NCBI GenBank assembly: GCA_963708075.1
Contig: OY970194.1
Coordinates: forward strand, 1,248,001-1,312,000
Length of the DNA stretch: 64,000 nt
From: Sedimentisphaerales bacterium
Lineage (GTDB): Bacteria; Planctomycetota; Phycisphaerae; Sedimentisphaerales; Anaerobacaceae
Direction: 5' to 3'
Below are positions 47,523 to 57,185 of this stretch, one piece after another. Within the stretch, counting starts at the first letter, position 1; every line of letters starts with the position of its first letter. The translations under genes and the position numbers were made by a program. The notes beneath the pieces were generated by a model. The model was not told where the DNA came from, did not search any database, and saw nothing but the letters and a program-made list of their open reading frames with translations.

Positions 47523-48323
47523 CTATTCGCGCTTGCCCTCCAGCAACTGGACCATACGTTCCAGGTCCGGATTGTACTCGGAGGCATCCGCCGGATCGAT
47601 TGCGTACTCTGCCAGCAGGATCGTCCGCGGGTCCCGATATCTCCAGTATTCGCAATGACCATCCGCCAACGAGATATTGCATCCGTCGCTGTGGCGCGCG
47701 CTGATGTTGCGGCTGTTGCTGACAAACCACTCGGGTGCCGCCGCGTCCATCTCTCTGACGGCGCAGAACGACCCTTCCATCCACAGCGTGCGGCACGCGC
47801 CGTCGATGAAGACGAGCCGTTCGCTGGCTCGGGTGACTTCGCTCCACCCGCGGAATGGCCTGATGTTGTTGCTCTCGTGGCCGTACCCCTGGCCGTTCAT
47901 GGCTCGCGAGATCGCATAGCTGCGAAGCTGCTCCGTGATATCGCTCTTGCACTTGTAGAGTCCGAGCGTCTCTCCCGTGTAGGGCCACAGGATCCCGGCC
48001 ATGATCGCCTCCGCCGTGCCACCGATCTCGTTGCCCGGCATGACCGGCCCGTCCGCCACCCAGTGGCAGTCCGGCGGCACGTCCCAGCCCGTATCCGCCG
48101 AGCACAGCCGGTCGTCGTTCTCCAACGCGTACATCAGCCAGCACTGCGTCAGGCTCCGCATGTTGGACAGGCACATTACGCGTTTGCCCTGTTCCCGTGC
48201 CCGCGTCAACGACGGCAGTGTGATCGACATCAGCAGGCAGATAATGGAAATGACCACCAGAAGTTCCATGAGCGTGAACCCGCACAACATGTCCTTGGAC
48301 TGCCGTGCGCCTCGCCTGTCCAT
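47523..48323 (-). CDS. Prepilin-type N-terminal cleavage/methylation, H-X9-DG domain protein (DUF1559-like)
   Basis: G|FTLMELLVVISII...LPSL..AR......C.SN; C-terminal HSDGCNISLADGH. Confidence 0.9.
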   Translation of the reverse strand: MDRRGARQSKDMLCGFTLMELLVVISIICLLMSITLPSLTRAREQGKRVMCLSNMRSLTQCWLMYALENDDRLCSADTGWDVPPDCHWVADGPVMPGNEIGGTAEAIMAGILWPYTGETLGLYKCKSDITEQLRSYAISRAMNGQGYGHESNNIRPFRGWSEVTRASERLVFIDGACRTLWMEGSFCAVREMDAAAPEWFVSNSRNISARHSDGCNISLADGHCEYWRYRDPRTILLAEYAIDPADASEYNPDLERMVQLLEGKRE

Positions 48324-48927
48324 AGTTCCCGCCCAACCGAACCTGGAAACAAATCCCTCAGCCATGTCTCTTAGTATATCCCCGCTCACCTGCCCGGGCA
48401 AGTGGAATCGGCTCACCACAGGACCGCGACGGGGACAACTTGTCCCGCATTGTGACAAGTGGTAAAGCAACGTATGAGTTCCAGGTGTCATTTGCCTGGT
48501 AGTGGAGACAGAACCGTGCCCGAGCCGGCTACTCGAACGGGCTGCTGATCTACAGATGGATCGACGATAATTTCCTGCTCTACAGTTGCGGGGCGGATTT
48601 CGATGATGACGGAGGAGTGCCGAGCAAATGGGGCGAAGGCAAGGGAGGGGCGACCAGGGCTTCTGGCCTGTCCAGGATAGGGATTGAGACGATGCACGCT
48701 CCAGCAGCCAACAAGCTACGTCTCTTCCCTATGGGGATTAGGCAAGTTACTTATTCCTTCTTGGTGGATGGTCCGGCTATTCTGCTGACAATTCTCATCG
48801 CGGTTATGCCGGTTGTACGCGGATTCAGCGGCATCGCCTGTGCAGGGCAGGCATCCCGCGGGTCCAGATTCTCGTGTCCGTGATGATCTTTATCGTTTCC
48901 CTGTCTTGAGCTTTGGAAGGAGTCCTT

Positions 48928-49518
48928 ATGAGAGCTATCGTATGGGCATGCATGTTGGTGGCCGCAGGAATGTTGTGCCTGACCGGCTGTAAGACCGCTC
49001 CCAAGACGGTCGAGGCAAGGTCTGACTTGGGCCAGACAGTTCGCCAGACGATCAATCTCGCCCGTCAGACGGACCCCGGCATCCAGGGATTCATCGACAG
49101 CTCCGCCGGCTATGCCGTTTTCCCCACCGTGGGCAAAGGGGCCGTCGGAGTTGGCGGTGCGTTCGGCCGGGGTGAGTTGATCCAGGGCGGCAAGATGGTC
49201 GGCTATTGCTCACTGACCCAGGCCAGCGTCGGACTCGCTCTGGGAGGCCAGTCGTACAGTGAATTGGTCTTCTTTGAGACTCCCGCAGCCTTGGAGAAGT
49301 TCAAGTCAGGCGACTACACTTTTTCCGCCCAGGTTTCCGCGGTGGCGCTCAAGTCCGGTGCCTCGGCCAATGCCAAGTATGCTGACGGTGTGGCAGTCTT
49401 CACGATGGGCGAGGCGGGCCTGATGGTCGAGGCCTCCGTCGGAGGACAGAAATTCAGCTTCCAGCCGGTCGCCGTGGCACGGGATGTGTCGGCGCAACCT
49501 GCGACGACCCCTCAATGA
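48928..49518 (+). CDS. YSC84/SYLF-like lipid-binding lipoprotein
   Basis: Lipobox LTGC; GYAVFPTVGKG..GVGG.FG.G, ASVGLALGGQ, EASVGGQKF; AAGGAG RBS. Confidence 0.85.
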   Translation: MRAIVWACMLVAAGMLCLTGCKTAPKTVEARSDLGQTVRQTINLARQTDPGIQGFIDSSAGYAVFPTVGKGAVGVGGAFGRGELIQGGKMVGYCSLTQASVGLALGGQSYSELVFFETPAALEKFKSGDYTFSAQVSAVALKSGASANAKYADGVAVFTMGEAGLMVEASVGGQKFSFQPVAVARDVSAQPATTPQ

Positions 49519-49611
49519 TAGCCGCCGGCCTTTCCTGCGTCATGTAACGCACCTGGCGTTTTTAATCGGGACATCTGCCCCTGCGGTTGATATCCTGCAT
49601 CCACAGAGCGT

Positions 49612-50028
49612 ATGCCCTTCTTGGGCATGCAGGACAAGCAAGGGCAGATGTGGGGATGTCTCGTGGACGGCACAGGTGGACGTGACGATCAGATATCGCA
49701 GACTGGCGATTCCGTATGGCGGTGCAACTTCTGTCAGCGGCAAATCCGCGAGGGCTTGTTGCTATGTCCGTTCTGTGGTCGGCGGATCAGCTCTGCCAAT
49801 GGGCCGCAGAGGAGATGGTACCATTCCAGATACGCTGTCATGATGAGCATAGCCACTCTTGGCCCATTCGCTCTGCCGATACTCTGGTCCAATCCCCGCT
49901 ACACAGTCCGCACGAAGGTCACCATCACAGTCCTGACTCTCGCGCTGACGGTCCTGCTCGTCTGCATCCTGGTGATGGTATGTGCTCGGCTGATGGAGCA
50001 ACTCAGGCAATTGACGACCGCGTACTAG
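49612..50028 (+). CDS. Small zinc-ribbon membrane protein
   Basis: CNFC...CPFCG followed by two hydrophobic segments (LGPFALPILW); start uncertain. Confidence 0.6.
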   Translation: MPFLGMQDKQGQMWGCLVDGTGGRDDQISQTGDSVWRCNFCQRQIREGLLLCPFCGRRISSANGPQRRWYHSRYAVMMSIATLGPFALPILWSNPRYTVRTKVTITVLTLALTVLLVCILVMVCARLMEQLRQLTTAY

Positions 50029-50172
50029 GTCCGCCCGATCCATTGTGTCCGTCGACATGGATTTCGACCGCTCCTCGTCGTCTGCCGCACCTGCGACCCC
50101 ACAGCAGATCGTTGCTCGGCGAAAGAAGAAATTTGCCTGCCATCGCCAATCACAGTAGATAGTGGTACCTTT

Positions 50173-50247
50173 CGGGGCGTGGCGCAGTTTGGCTAGCGCG
50201 CTTGCATGGGGTGCAAGAGGTCGGTGATTCAAGTCCACTCGCCCCGA
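50173..50247 (+). tRNA. tRNA-Pro(GGG), copy 2 (one T-stem substitution)
   Basis: 74/75 identical to copy 1; T-arm GGTGATTCAAGTCCACT versus GGTGGTTCAAGTCCACT. Confidence 0.9.
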
Positions 50248-50385
50248 TTTTCCTTCTGTCGAGAGTAGAGCGGGGAAATTGTTTCTGACTGGCATGGTCC
50301 TTGGGCAATTTGAGGGTATTTCCCATGTAATGAGGGATTTGCCTATTTGCTCCTGCTGCTGATACCTTACAGTGGATGATAGACC

Positions 50386-50514
50386 AGCGACAGGATAGAC
50401 GGGAGGGCCAACAACTACCGAGTGAGCGGGGGATGTCTCTCCTCCACCTTGGTCATGGCCAGCCTGCCTCCAGTTGTGTAGTTGACTGGCTTGGGAACCC
50501 GGGGTCCGGTCGCT
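50386..50514. ncRNA. Candidate structured RNA (long interrupted hairpin); family unknown
   Basis: Nested pairings AGCGAC/GTCGCT, GGA/TCC, CGGG/CCCG, GGGCCA/TGGCTT and CAACTAC/GTAGTTG in intergenic DNA. Confidence 0.35.
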
Positions 50515-50534
50515 CGTGGGGGGTATGAAGCGAG

Positions 50535-52014
50535 ATGAACAGAAAGCTTCTACGTACCTTCGCACCATCAGTGAGCATTCGCACCTTGGTCGCATTATGG
50601 GCCGGCAGCGTGTTTCTTGCCTGGGCTATTCTGGTTGTTGCCTGGATCGTGGCCAAGGGCGAATTTGGCCGCCTTTCTCAGCGGATGGCAGTTGACGGGA
50701 GAGCGTTGGGCATGGCCCGCGAGCTCGAACTGGCCGTGCTCGCGGAAAGACGCGCGGACTTGCTCTGGCAGACCACGGGCGACGATCAGTTCCGGGAGGC
50801 GCAGAGATGCATACGGGACCATTGCGGAAGGGGTCACCGACAGTCTGAAATCGTATGTGCATACAGAGCAGGGCCGGGGACTCCTGGTGGAAGCCCGCGA
50901 GAGACTGAAGGTCCTCCACAGTCAGTCCGGATTGCCGACTCTACCGCCCCCGGAGTCTCTGACGCAGACGGCGGATGAGTTGCTGACGGCAGCCAGAGGG
51001 CTCAGTCTGCACATGCGGAGCCACATGGAGCAGACAGTCCAAGTGGCCAATCGCCGGCAGAGGGCCATCAGTACGTGGATGCTCGGGTTGTCGGCCGGCA
51101 CGGCCATTCTACTGTTTGTCGGCGCACACAGCATCATCCACCGGGTGGCGTATCCCGCATTAGCACTGACGAAGGCGGCCGATGCTTTCGGCAGGGGGGA
51201 CTTCTTCGCCAGGGCCCCGATCCTGCACGATGATGAGCTGGGAGCGCTGGCGAGGACCTTCAACAATATGGCCAACGACATCGCTGATCGCGAGAGCCAT
51301 CGGCTGCAATTCGTCGCCACGGTGGCCCACGACCTGAAGAATCCCGTGCTCACCATCGAGTTGGCCGGCCGGATCCTGGGCGACTCCGCCCCGAGCGAGG
51401 AGCAGCGTCCGTACGTTGATGCCGTGATCGACGAGGCGAGTCGCCTGAAGGTGACGCTGCGCGACCTCATGGACGATCTGCAGGTGGCCAGCGGCTATCT
51501 TTCGATCCGCAGGGCTGACGTGGAGCTGGGTTCGGTGGTCCGGCAACTGGTTGAAACACAGGCCAAGGCTGTCACGGATCACGAGTTCGTCATCGAGACA
51601 CAGGAGTGCACGGTGCTCGGCGATGCGAGGAGACTCGAACGGGTCATATCGAACCTGGTCTCCAACGCCGTCAAGTACAGTCCGTCCAACACGCGGGTTA
51701 CGGTCAGGGTGGAGAAGCAGGAATCGGCGGTGGTGCTGTCCGTCTCCGATGAGGGGCCGGGCATCGCGGCGGAGGATCTGCGGGCGATCTTCCAGCCCTT
51801 CGGCCGGGGTCGAGCCGCCGATGCTCTGGCTGACGGCACCGGAATCGGACTGTACGTCGTCAAGCAGATCGTCGAAGCCCACGAGGGTCAAATCGAGGTG
51901 CACAGCGAGCCCGGGCATGGCGCGACGTTTCTGGTCAAGCTGCCTCTGACCGAGGCGGGCCGAGAAGCAAGAGAACTCCACGCCCTGGGCAGCCGTGAGC
52001 AGAGCGGTCCATAG
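50535..52014 (+). pseudogene. HAMP-domain sensor histidine kinase, frameshifted near 50798 (possibly assembly error)
   Basis: TM1 is in frame 50535. Removing one G gives QFRERRDAYG, continuing to TM2, HAMP (DELGALARTFNNM), H-box AHDLKNP, NLVSNAVKY, DEGPG and GTGIGL. Confidence 0.88.
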
Positions 52015-52191
52015 AGCCATGCCTGCGCCGAGTGAAAACAGAGTGTCCCGCCGGCCGTCGTTCAGTGTCTGTGAAAACAACCCGGCACGGTGCCTAAAAA
52101 CCTGCACAGACACGTCGTTCACGCCTTTGGAATCCAAGCTTGCTTTTCCAGGTTGCCATGCTGACAATGGGGCAAGGTAACAGTCCGCATT

Positions 52192-53376
52192 ATGGAGCAA
52201 CACGGTGGAAAGATGGAGGTAAGCCTGATGAGCATCGTTGGTGGCACGTTCATCGAGCGACACGTGACCGCTCGCGATGAAGGATGGTCGGTTCTGTGCC
52301 TTTTGGCTTTCTTGGCCATTGTGAGTCCGATGCGGGCAGCGTCACAAGGGATGCCGGCGATCCGGATCTCTGAAGATGGGCGCGGCTTCGTCCATGAGGG
52401 CGACGGCCGGTCTTTTGCGGCGTGGGGATTCAACTACGACCACGACGAGAAGGGGCGGCTGCTGGAGGACTACTGGGCGGCTGAGTGGCCCAAGGTGGAG
52501 GGGGACTTTCGCGAAATGAAGGAACTCGGGGCCAACGTGGTGCGCGTCCACCTTCAAGTCGGCAAGTTCATGCGGCAGGCGGATGCGCCGAACGATGTCT
52601 CGTTGGACCGGCTCGCCCGTCTCGTGGAGTTGGCCGAGCGCCTGCACCTGTACCTGGACGTGACGGGCCTGGCATGTTACCACAAGGCCGATACACCGGC
52701 GTGGTATGATCCGCTGCCGGAAGGAGCTCGCTGGGATGTGCAGGCCCGCTTCTGGGAGGCGATCGCAGGGCGGTGTGCGACGAGTCCCGCCATTTTCTGC
52801 TATGATCTGATGAACGAGCCGATCCTGCCTGGTGATAAGAAGGAGACGGATTGGCTCACGGGCGAGCTCGGCGGCAAGTACTTCGTCCAGCGTATCACGC
52901 TCGACCTCGCGGGACGCACGCAGCAACAGGTGGCCAAGGCCTGGGTGGATCGGCTCGTCACCGCGATTCGAAAGCAGGACAATCGCCACCTGGTGACGGT
53001 CGGGGTGATCCCCTGGGTCCAGGTCTTCCCCAAGGCCAAGCCGCTGTTCTACTCCAAGGAGGTGGCGGAGAAGCTCGATTTCGCGAGCGTACACTTCTAC
53101 CCGGACAGCGGAAAGGTCGATTGGGCGCTTACGGCGCTTGCCGCCTACGACATCGGCAAGCCCCTTGTCATTGAGGAGATGTTTCCACTCAAGTGCAGCG
53201 TGGGGGAGTTGGAGGCTTTCATTGACGGTTCGCGGAAGATCGCCGACGGCTGGATTGGCTTCTACTGGGGTAAGACACTTGAGGAATACCGCGGATCGAA
53301 GGAGTTGTCGGATGCCATCACGGCCGGCTGGCTGGAGTTCTTCAAGCGAAAAACCGAGGCGATCAATCCGCGATAG
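52192..53376 (+). CDS. Glycoside hydrolase family 5 (cellulase superfamily) protein
   Basis: WGFNY, LGANVVRVH, YDLMNEP acid/base, SVHFY, PLVIEE nucleophile; start uncertain. Confidence 0.82.
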   Translation: MEQHGGKMEVSLMSIVGGTFIERHVTARDEGWSVLCLLAFLAIVSPMRAASQGMPAIRISEDGRGFVHEGDGRSFAAWGFNYDHDEKGRLLEDYWAAEWPKVEGDFREMKELGANVVRVHLQVGKFMRQADAPNDVSLDRLARLVELAERLHLYLDVTGLACYHKADTPAWYDPLPEGARWDVQARFWEAIAGRCATSPAIFCYDLMNEPILPGDKKETDWLTGELGGKYFVQRITLDLAGRTQQQVAKAWVDRLVTAIRKQDNRHLVTVGVIPWVQVFPKAKPLFYSKEVAEKLDFASVHFYPDSGKVDWALTALAAYDIGKPLVIEEMFPLKCSVGELEAFIDGSRKIADGWIGFYWGKTLEEYRGSKELSDAITAGWLEFFKRKTEAINPR

Positions 53377-53379
53377 TGC

Positions 53380-53904
53380 ATGAATCGGAACGTGGAAATC
53401 AAGGCGAAGGTCGCTGACCTCGCGGCTATACAGAAGAAGGTCGAGCAGCTCGCCGACAAAAGGCCCGTCGTGCTTGAACAAGAGGACACGTTCTTTCATT
53501 GCCTGGAAGGTCGGCTCAAGCTCAGGTGTTTTCGCGACGGCACACCGGCGGAGTTGATCGCCTACCGGCGGGGGGATGCGGCGGGACCGAAGGAGTCGCG
53601 CTACGTCATCTATCGCACGTCCGACCCGCAAGGGCTCCTGGCCGTGCTGTCGGCGGCACTGGGAGTCCGGGTCGTGGTCCGCAAACGCCGCACACTCTAT
53701 CTCATCGGCCCCACCAGAGTGCATCTGGACCAAGTTGAAGGACTCGGCCAGTTCGTCGAGCTGGAGGTCGTTTTGCAGCCGGGTCAAGCTGTCGCCGATG
53801 GTGTCACCGTCGCTCATGACATCATGGCCAGGCTGGGCATCCCACAAGACCAGCTCGTTGAGAAAGCCTATGTGGACCTCCTGCAAGAGGCTCAGCCTGA
53901 GTGA
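53380..53904 (+). CDS. CYTH domain protein (class IV adenylate cyclase family)
   Basis: NVEIKA, QEDTFF, GRLKLR, RVHLDQVEGLGQFVELEV, YVDLL. Confidence 0.9.
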   Translation: MNRNVEIKAKVADLAAIQKKVEQLADKRPVVLEQEDTFFHCLEGRLKLRCFRDGTPAELIAYRRGDAAGPKESRYVIYRTSDPQGLLAVLSAALGVRVVVRKRRTLYLIGPTRVHLDQVEGLGQFVELEVVLQPGQAVADGVTVAHDIMARLGIPQDQLVEKAYVDLLQEAQPE

Positions 53905-53937
53905 CGTTGCCAACTGCCACAACTGTTCGGCAGACGG

Positions 53938-54753
53938 CTACCTGATCTCGGTGGGGCCGGAACCCTCCGGAGGCGGGCGGTTGCCCAAAGCATCATCGCT
54001 GGTCCATCGTAATTGCGGCAGGTCCTCCTGCCTGACGAACGCGACATGGCCGTCCACGAAAAGTACGTTGCAGCCCTCGCCCTGATGGTTTTCGACCGTG
54101 AGGATCTTCGGACCGCCCGCCTGATTCCAGCCGGGAGAGGTCTCGTACAGCAGAACCATATCCGGCGGGGCGCTGGTCCCGAGTCCTTCCACGGATCTGT
54201 TCATCGCGTAGTTGGAAGGCCCGTCGTTGCTGCCTTTGCAGCGGAAAGCCGTCGGGCGGACACCGGTGCGTTCGCTGAGAAGGTCGCACCAGTTCGAAGG
54301 GGTGGGGAACTGGCCGTTATGGTCCCCGGCATAGGCATGCATGGCATTGCCAAGGCTCACGAGGTTCTGGCCACAGGTCACTCGGAGGGCGAGCAGATGG
54401 ACCCTGGCCAGCGCCGGCATCAGAATGCCCATGGCCAGTGCGACCAGGGGCAGGACGACAATGGGCAGGGCGATACCGGCGACGGCCATGCCGATGCCTT
54501 TCAACCGTCCGTTCGAGTGGCTGATCTTCACGAGGGCGACGATACCGGCAACGACAGCCGGCAGCATGGTGAGCATACACGTGAATGGGCTCAGAATCCC
54601 CAGCACCAGCGCCGCGATGGCCCAGCCGGAGGTTTGCGGCCTCGTCATGGGGCCGGCAGGGGTCTGTGGAACGGCAACCGCCATAATCTGCCCACACGCG
54701 CTGCACAATCTCGCACTATCAGCGTTCAACGCTCCGCATTTTGGACAATACAT
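53938..54753 (-). CDS. Zinc-ribbon + DUF4190 + H-X9-DG domain membrane protein
   Basis: MYCPKCG..N....CSACG; TSGWAIAALVLGILS..G.G.AVAG; C..NL..LG.AM..Y..D; HQGEGCNVLFVDGH. Confidence 0.85.
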   Translation of the reverse strand: MYCPKCGALNADSARLCSACGQIMAVAVPQTPAGPMTRPQTSGWAIAALVLGILSPFTCMLTMLPAVVAGIVALVKISHSNGRLKGIGMAVAGIALPIVVLPLVALAMGILMPALARVHLLALRVTCGQNLVSLGNAMHAYAGDHNGQFPTPSNWCDLLSERTGVRPTAFRCKGSNDGPSNYAMNRSVEGLGTSAPPDMVLLYETSPGWNQAGGPKILTVENHQGEGCNVLFVDGHVAFVRQEDLPQLRWTSDDALGNRPPPEGSGPTEIR

Positions 54754-54934
54754 GCTGAGTCTCCTTCAACCAACTGGATCGCACACCGCTTTTTGCATCC
54801 TTCGCCGGCCGCACCTTCAGTGACGGCATTATCCATGACGCAACGGCGTAAATCAAATGCAAAACGCAGTGGGTGTTTGACAAGACGACTCATTGCCGCT
54901 AATGTGACGGGCAGTCGTCCTGGAGCGCCGAGTG

Positions 54935-55831
54935 ATGCCCCTATGGAACAACATAGCGGAACTGATGGACTACTACATCCCTTCGCTGCCCTCGGACTAC
55001 TGGCTCGACATCCACCGGGGGTGTAACCTGAGATGTATCATGTGTCCCCAGTCCAAGGGGCTGCGACCCCGGCCAACGAGCATGACGCTTGAGATGTTCA
55101 GGGGCATTGTTGACGAGGTGTGCGAGACCCGGCCCCTGATCAGGCTGTACTTGTCCGGTGAGCCCCTGCTTCATGACGGTCTGCTGGAGATGATTGAATA
55201 TGCCGGGGCGAGAGACTGCGAGACCGCGGTCCACACGAATGCGACCCTGCTCACTCAGGAGATGTCGGAAAAGCTGCTTTCGTCACGACTGACTTATCTG
55301 TCATTCTCGTTCGATGGATGTTCTGCGGAGGTGTATGAGCGGTTGCGCCCGCCTGCGAAATTCGCCGAGGTAGAATCGAATATCCGGCGGTACCTCGACC
55401 TGCGACGGCAGGGCGGGCGCGGCGGTCCCTATACGGCCATCGAGATCATCCGCATGCGCGAGACAGATGAGCTACTGCACGACTTTGTGAACCGGTGGGA
55501 GACCAGTGGGATCGATGACGTGCGGATTGCAGCGTACATGGCGTGGCACGGCTTGGTGGAGGACAGGCGGGTGGAAGGTGCGCCCGATGGGGCCGGATAC
55601 AATCCCTGTGCCGCTCCGTTTGCTCACGGCTGCATTCTGTCCGATGGAACGGTCGTGCCTTGCTGCCTCGATGTCAATGGTGAAATGCCCCTGGGAAATG
55701 TCACCGACAAGAAGTTCCGGGACATATGGATGGACGATGGCTACCGGCGCCTGCGCCTCGCGATGTTGACGGGGACCGTGTCGCCCGGCTGCATCTGCGA
55801 TAGCTGCAACAACATCTTCCGCGAGGCATAG
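54935..55831 (+). CDS. Radical SAM / SPASM (twitch) domain protein
   Basis: CNLRCIMC, GEPLL, TNATLL, SFDG; C-terminal CAAPF..DG.VVPCC.D..LGN..C..C. Confidence 0.9.
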   Translation: MPLWNNIAELMDYYIPSLPSDYWLDIHRGCNLRCIMCPQSKGLRPRPTSMTLEMFRGIVDEVCETRPLIRLYLSGEPLLHDGLLEMIEYAGARDCETAVHTNATLLTQEMSEKLLSSRLTYLSFSFDGCSAEVYERLRPPAKFAEVESNIRRYLDLRRQGGRGGPYTAIEIIRMRETDELLHDFVNRWETSGIDDVRIAAYMAWHGLVEDRRVEGAPDGAGYNPCAAPFAHGCILSDGTVVPCCLDVNGEMPLGNVTDKKFRDIWMDDGYRRLRLAMLTGTVSPGCICDSCNNIFREA

Positions 55832-55956
55832 CCGGAGGATTATGCTCGAATGCTGTCCCCTGTCGTGATAGTATACCGGCTCTCGGTACTCGATGGACGT
55901 GAAGGACGCTTGGAGCATACGAAGACATTCGTTCAGGCTGAAAGGAGGCAGAGAAC

Positions 55957-57060
55957 ATGAGATTTGTGCGGCTGATGCTTGTGGTCTTGCTGGCGGCCAG
56001 CTCTTGCCGGTCGGCGGGGGAGGGCGATCGGGTCATCATTCGCAGCGCCCCGCGGGTGCAGTTCCCGGGGGTCGTGCATGAGGGCGGTAATCCCCAAGAG
56101 CCGGGGGACATCGACTGCAGCAGTCCGGCCCACTGGGATGACGGAACGATGTACATGTTCTATTCGACCGGGCATCCGTTTCGTTCACAGGGCCTGGACC
56201 TGCTCCACTTGAGCCGGCCGTCGCAACGGACGACATTTGACAACGAAGCCACGTGGAAGATGGGGGCACGGTGGATCGAGGCGACGCACAAGGCGCAGGA
56301 CGGCACGCTGTACATGTGGTATCACAACGAGCCGCCGCTGCCGGGCGGCAAGACGGCCCCGCGGATCGGGGAGATGGTTTCGATGGACAACGGCCTGCAT
56401 TGGCGGGACCTGGGGATCATCGTCGAGGCCCCGGCGGGCTCGAACAACGAAGCCTCGGCCAACTATTATTTCGTCGGCGGCAACGGGGATTTCACAGTCA
56501 TTGCAGACCGTAAGAACGAGTATCTCTACTGCTACACAAGCACCTACAATAAGGACATCACCGAGCAGGGCGTGGCGGTCGCGCGGATGCGGTATGAGGA
56601 CCGCGATGCTCCGACAGGCAAGGTATTCAAGTGGTACAAGGGCGCGTGGACGGAGGCTGGCCTCGGCGGGCACGTGACGCCTATCTTCACTGTGCGGACC
56701 GACTGGCACGAGCCCGACGCCGATGCATTCTGGGGCCCATCGATTCACTGGAACACCCACCTCAAGACCTGGGTGATGCTCCTGAACCGGGCCAAGGACA
56801 AGGATTGGGTGCAGGAGGGCATCTATGTGAGCTTCAATCCGAGCCTTGGCGACCCCACCGGCTGGACCCCGCCTGCAAAGATCCTCGACGCCGCAGAGCT
56901 GGAGAAATCGAAATGGTACCCGCAGGTCGTCGGGCTCGATGCATCGAAACGCGAAACGGACAAACTAGCCGGCAAAACGGCAAGACTCTTCGTCGCAGGC
57001 GTATCGAAGTGGGAAATCACGTTCCTCCGCTCCGGTGAGCAGACGCTCGCCGCACCCTGA
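55957..57060 (+). CDS. Secreted protein, probable glycosidase-like beta-propeller
   Basis: Signal/lipoprotein leader; Asp-box-like SMDNGLHW; WYHNE; FWGPSIHWN; GGAGG RBS. Confidence 0.65.
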   Translation: MRFVRLMLVVLLAASSCRSAGEGDRVIIRSAPRVQFPGVVHEGGNPQEPGDIDCSSPAHWDDGTMYMFYSTGHPFRSQGLDLLHLSRPSQRTTFDNEATWKMGARWIEATHKAQDGTLYMWYHNEPPLPGGKTAPRIGEMVSMDNGLHWRDLGIIVEAPAGSNNEASANYYFVGGNGDFTVIADRKNEYLYCYTSTYNKDITEQGVAVARMRYEDRDAPTGKVFKWYKGAWTEAGLGGHVTPIFTVRTDWHEPDADAFWGPSIHWNTHLKTWVMLLNRAKDKDWVQEGIYVSFNPSLGDPTGWTPPAKILDAAELEKSKWYPQVVGLDASKRETDKLAGKTARLFVAGVSKWEITFLRSGEQTLAAP

Positions 57061-57113
57061 TGTGCCTCTCGTGGAGTCTTGGGACTGGTGCTCGCAACAC
57101 AAGGGTTTCGGAT

Positions 57114-57185
57114 TGGGCCCGGTAGGATTTGAACCTACAACCAAGGGATTATGAGTCCCCTGCTCTACCGTTGAGCTACGAGCCC
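57114..57185 (-). tRNA. tRNA-Ile2(CAT) (lysidine type; Met less likely)
   Basis: GGGCTCGTAGCTCAACGGTAGAGCAGGGGACTCATAATCCCTTGGTTGTAGGTTCAAATCCTACCGGGCCCA forms a cloverleaf with CAT anticodon and paired G1-C72; anticodon arm resembles Ile2 tRNAs. Confidence 0.92.

Noticed and set aside
45882..48374. Long shadow ORFs (830 aa here; also 3487-5511, 28245-30188, 52342-53922, 60686-62197, 41701-43206)
   Set aside because: They overlap well-supported genes in other frames or strands, have no motifs, and are expected in high-GC DNA.
18891..50247. tRNA-integrated genomic island or prophage bounded by attL/attR
   Set aside because: The copies are full-length and inverted, no integrase or phage genes are present, and the interval holds housekeeping genes (ribF, nrnA, manA, galU).
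9610..50800. Programmed ribosomal frameshifting or phase variation at the five breaks
   Set aside because: No slippery heptamers or long simple-sequence tracts; assembly indels are more parsimonious.
57114..57185. Initiator tRNA-fMet
   Set aside because: Positions 1-72 are paired (G-C) and the anticodon stem lacks the three consecutive G-C pairs next to the loop.
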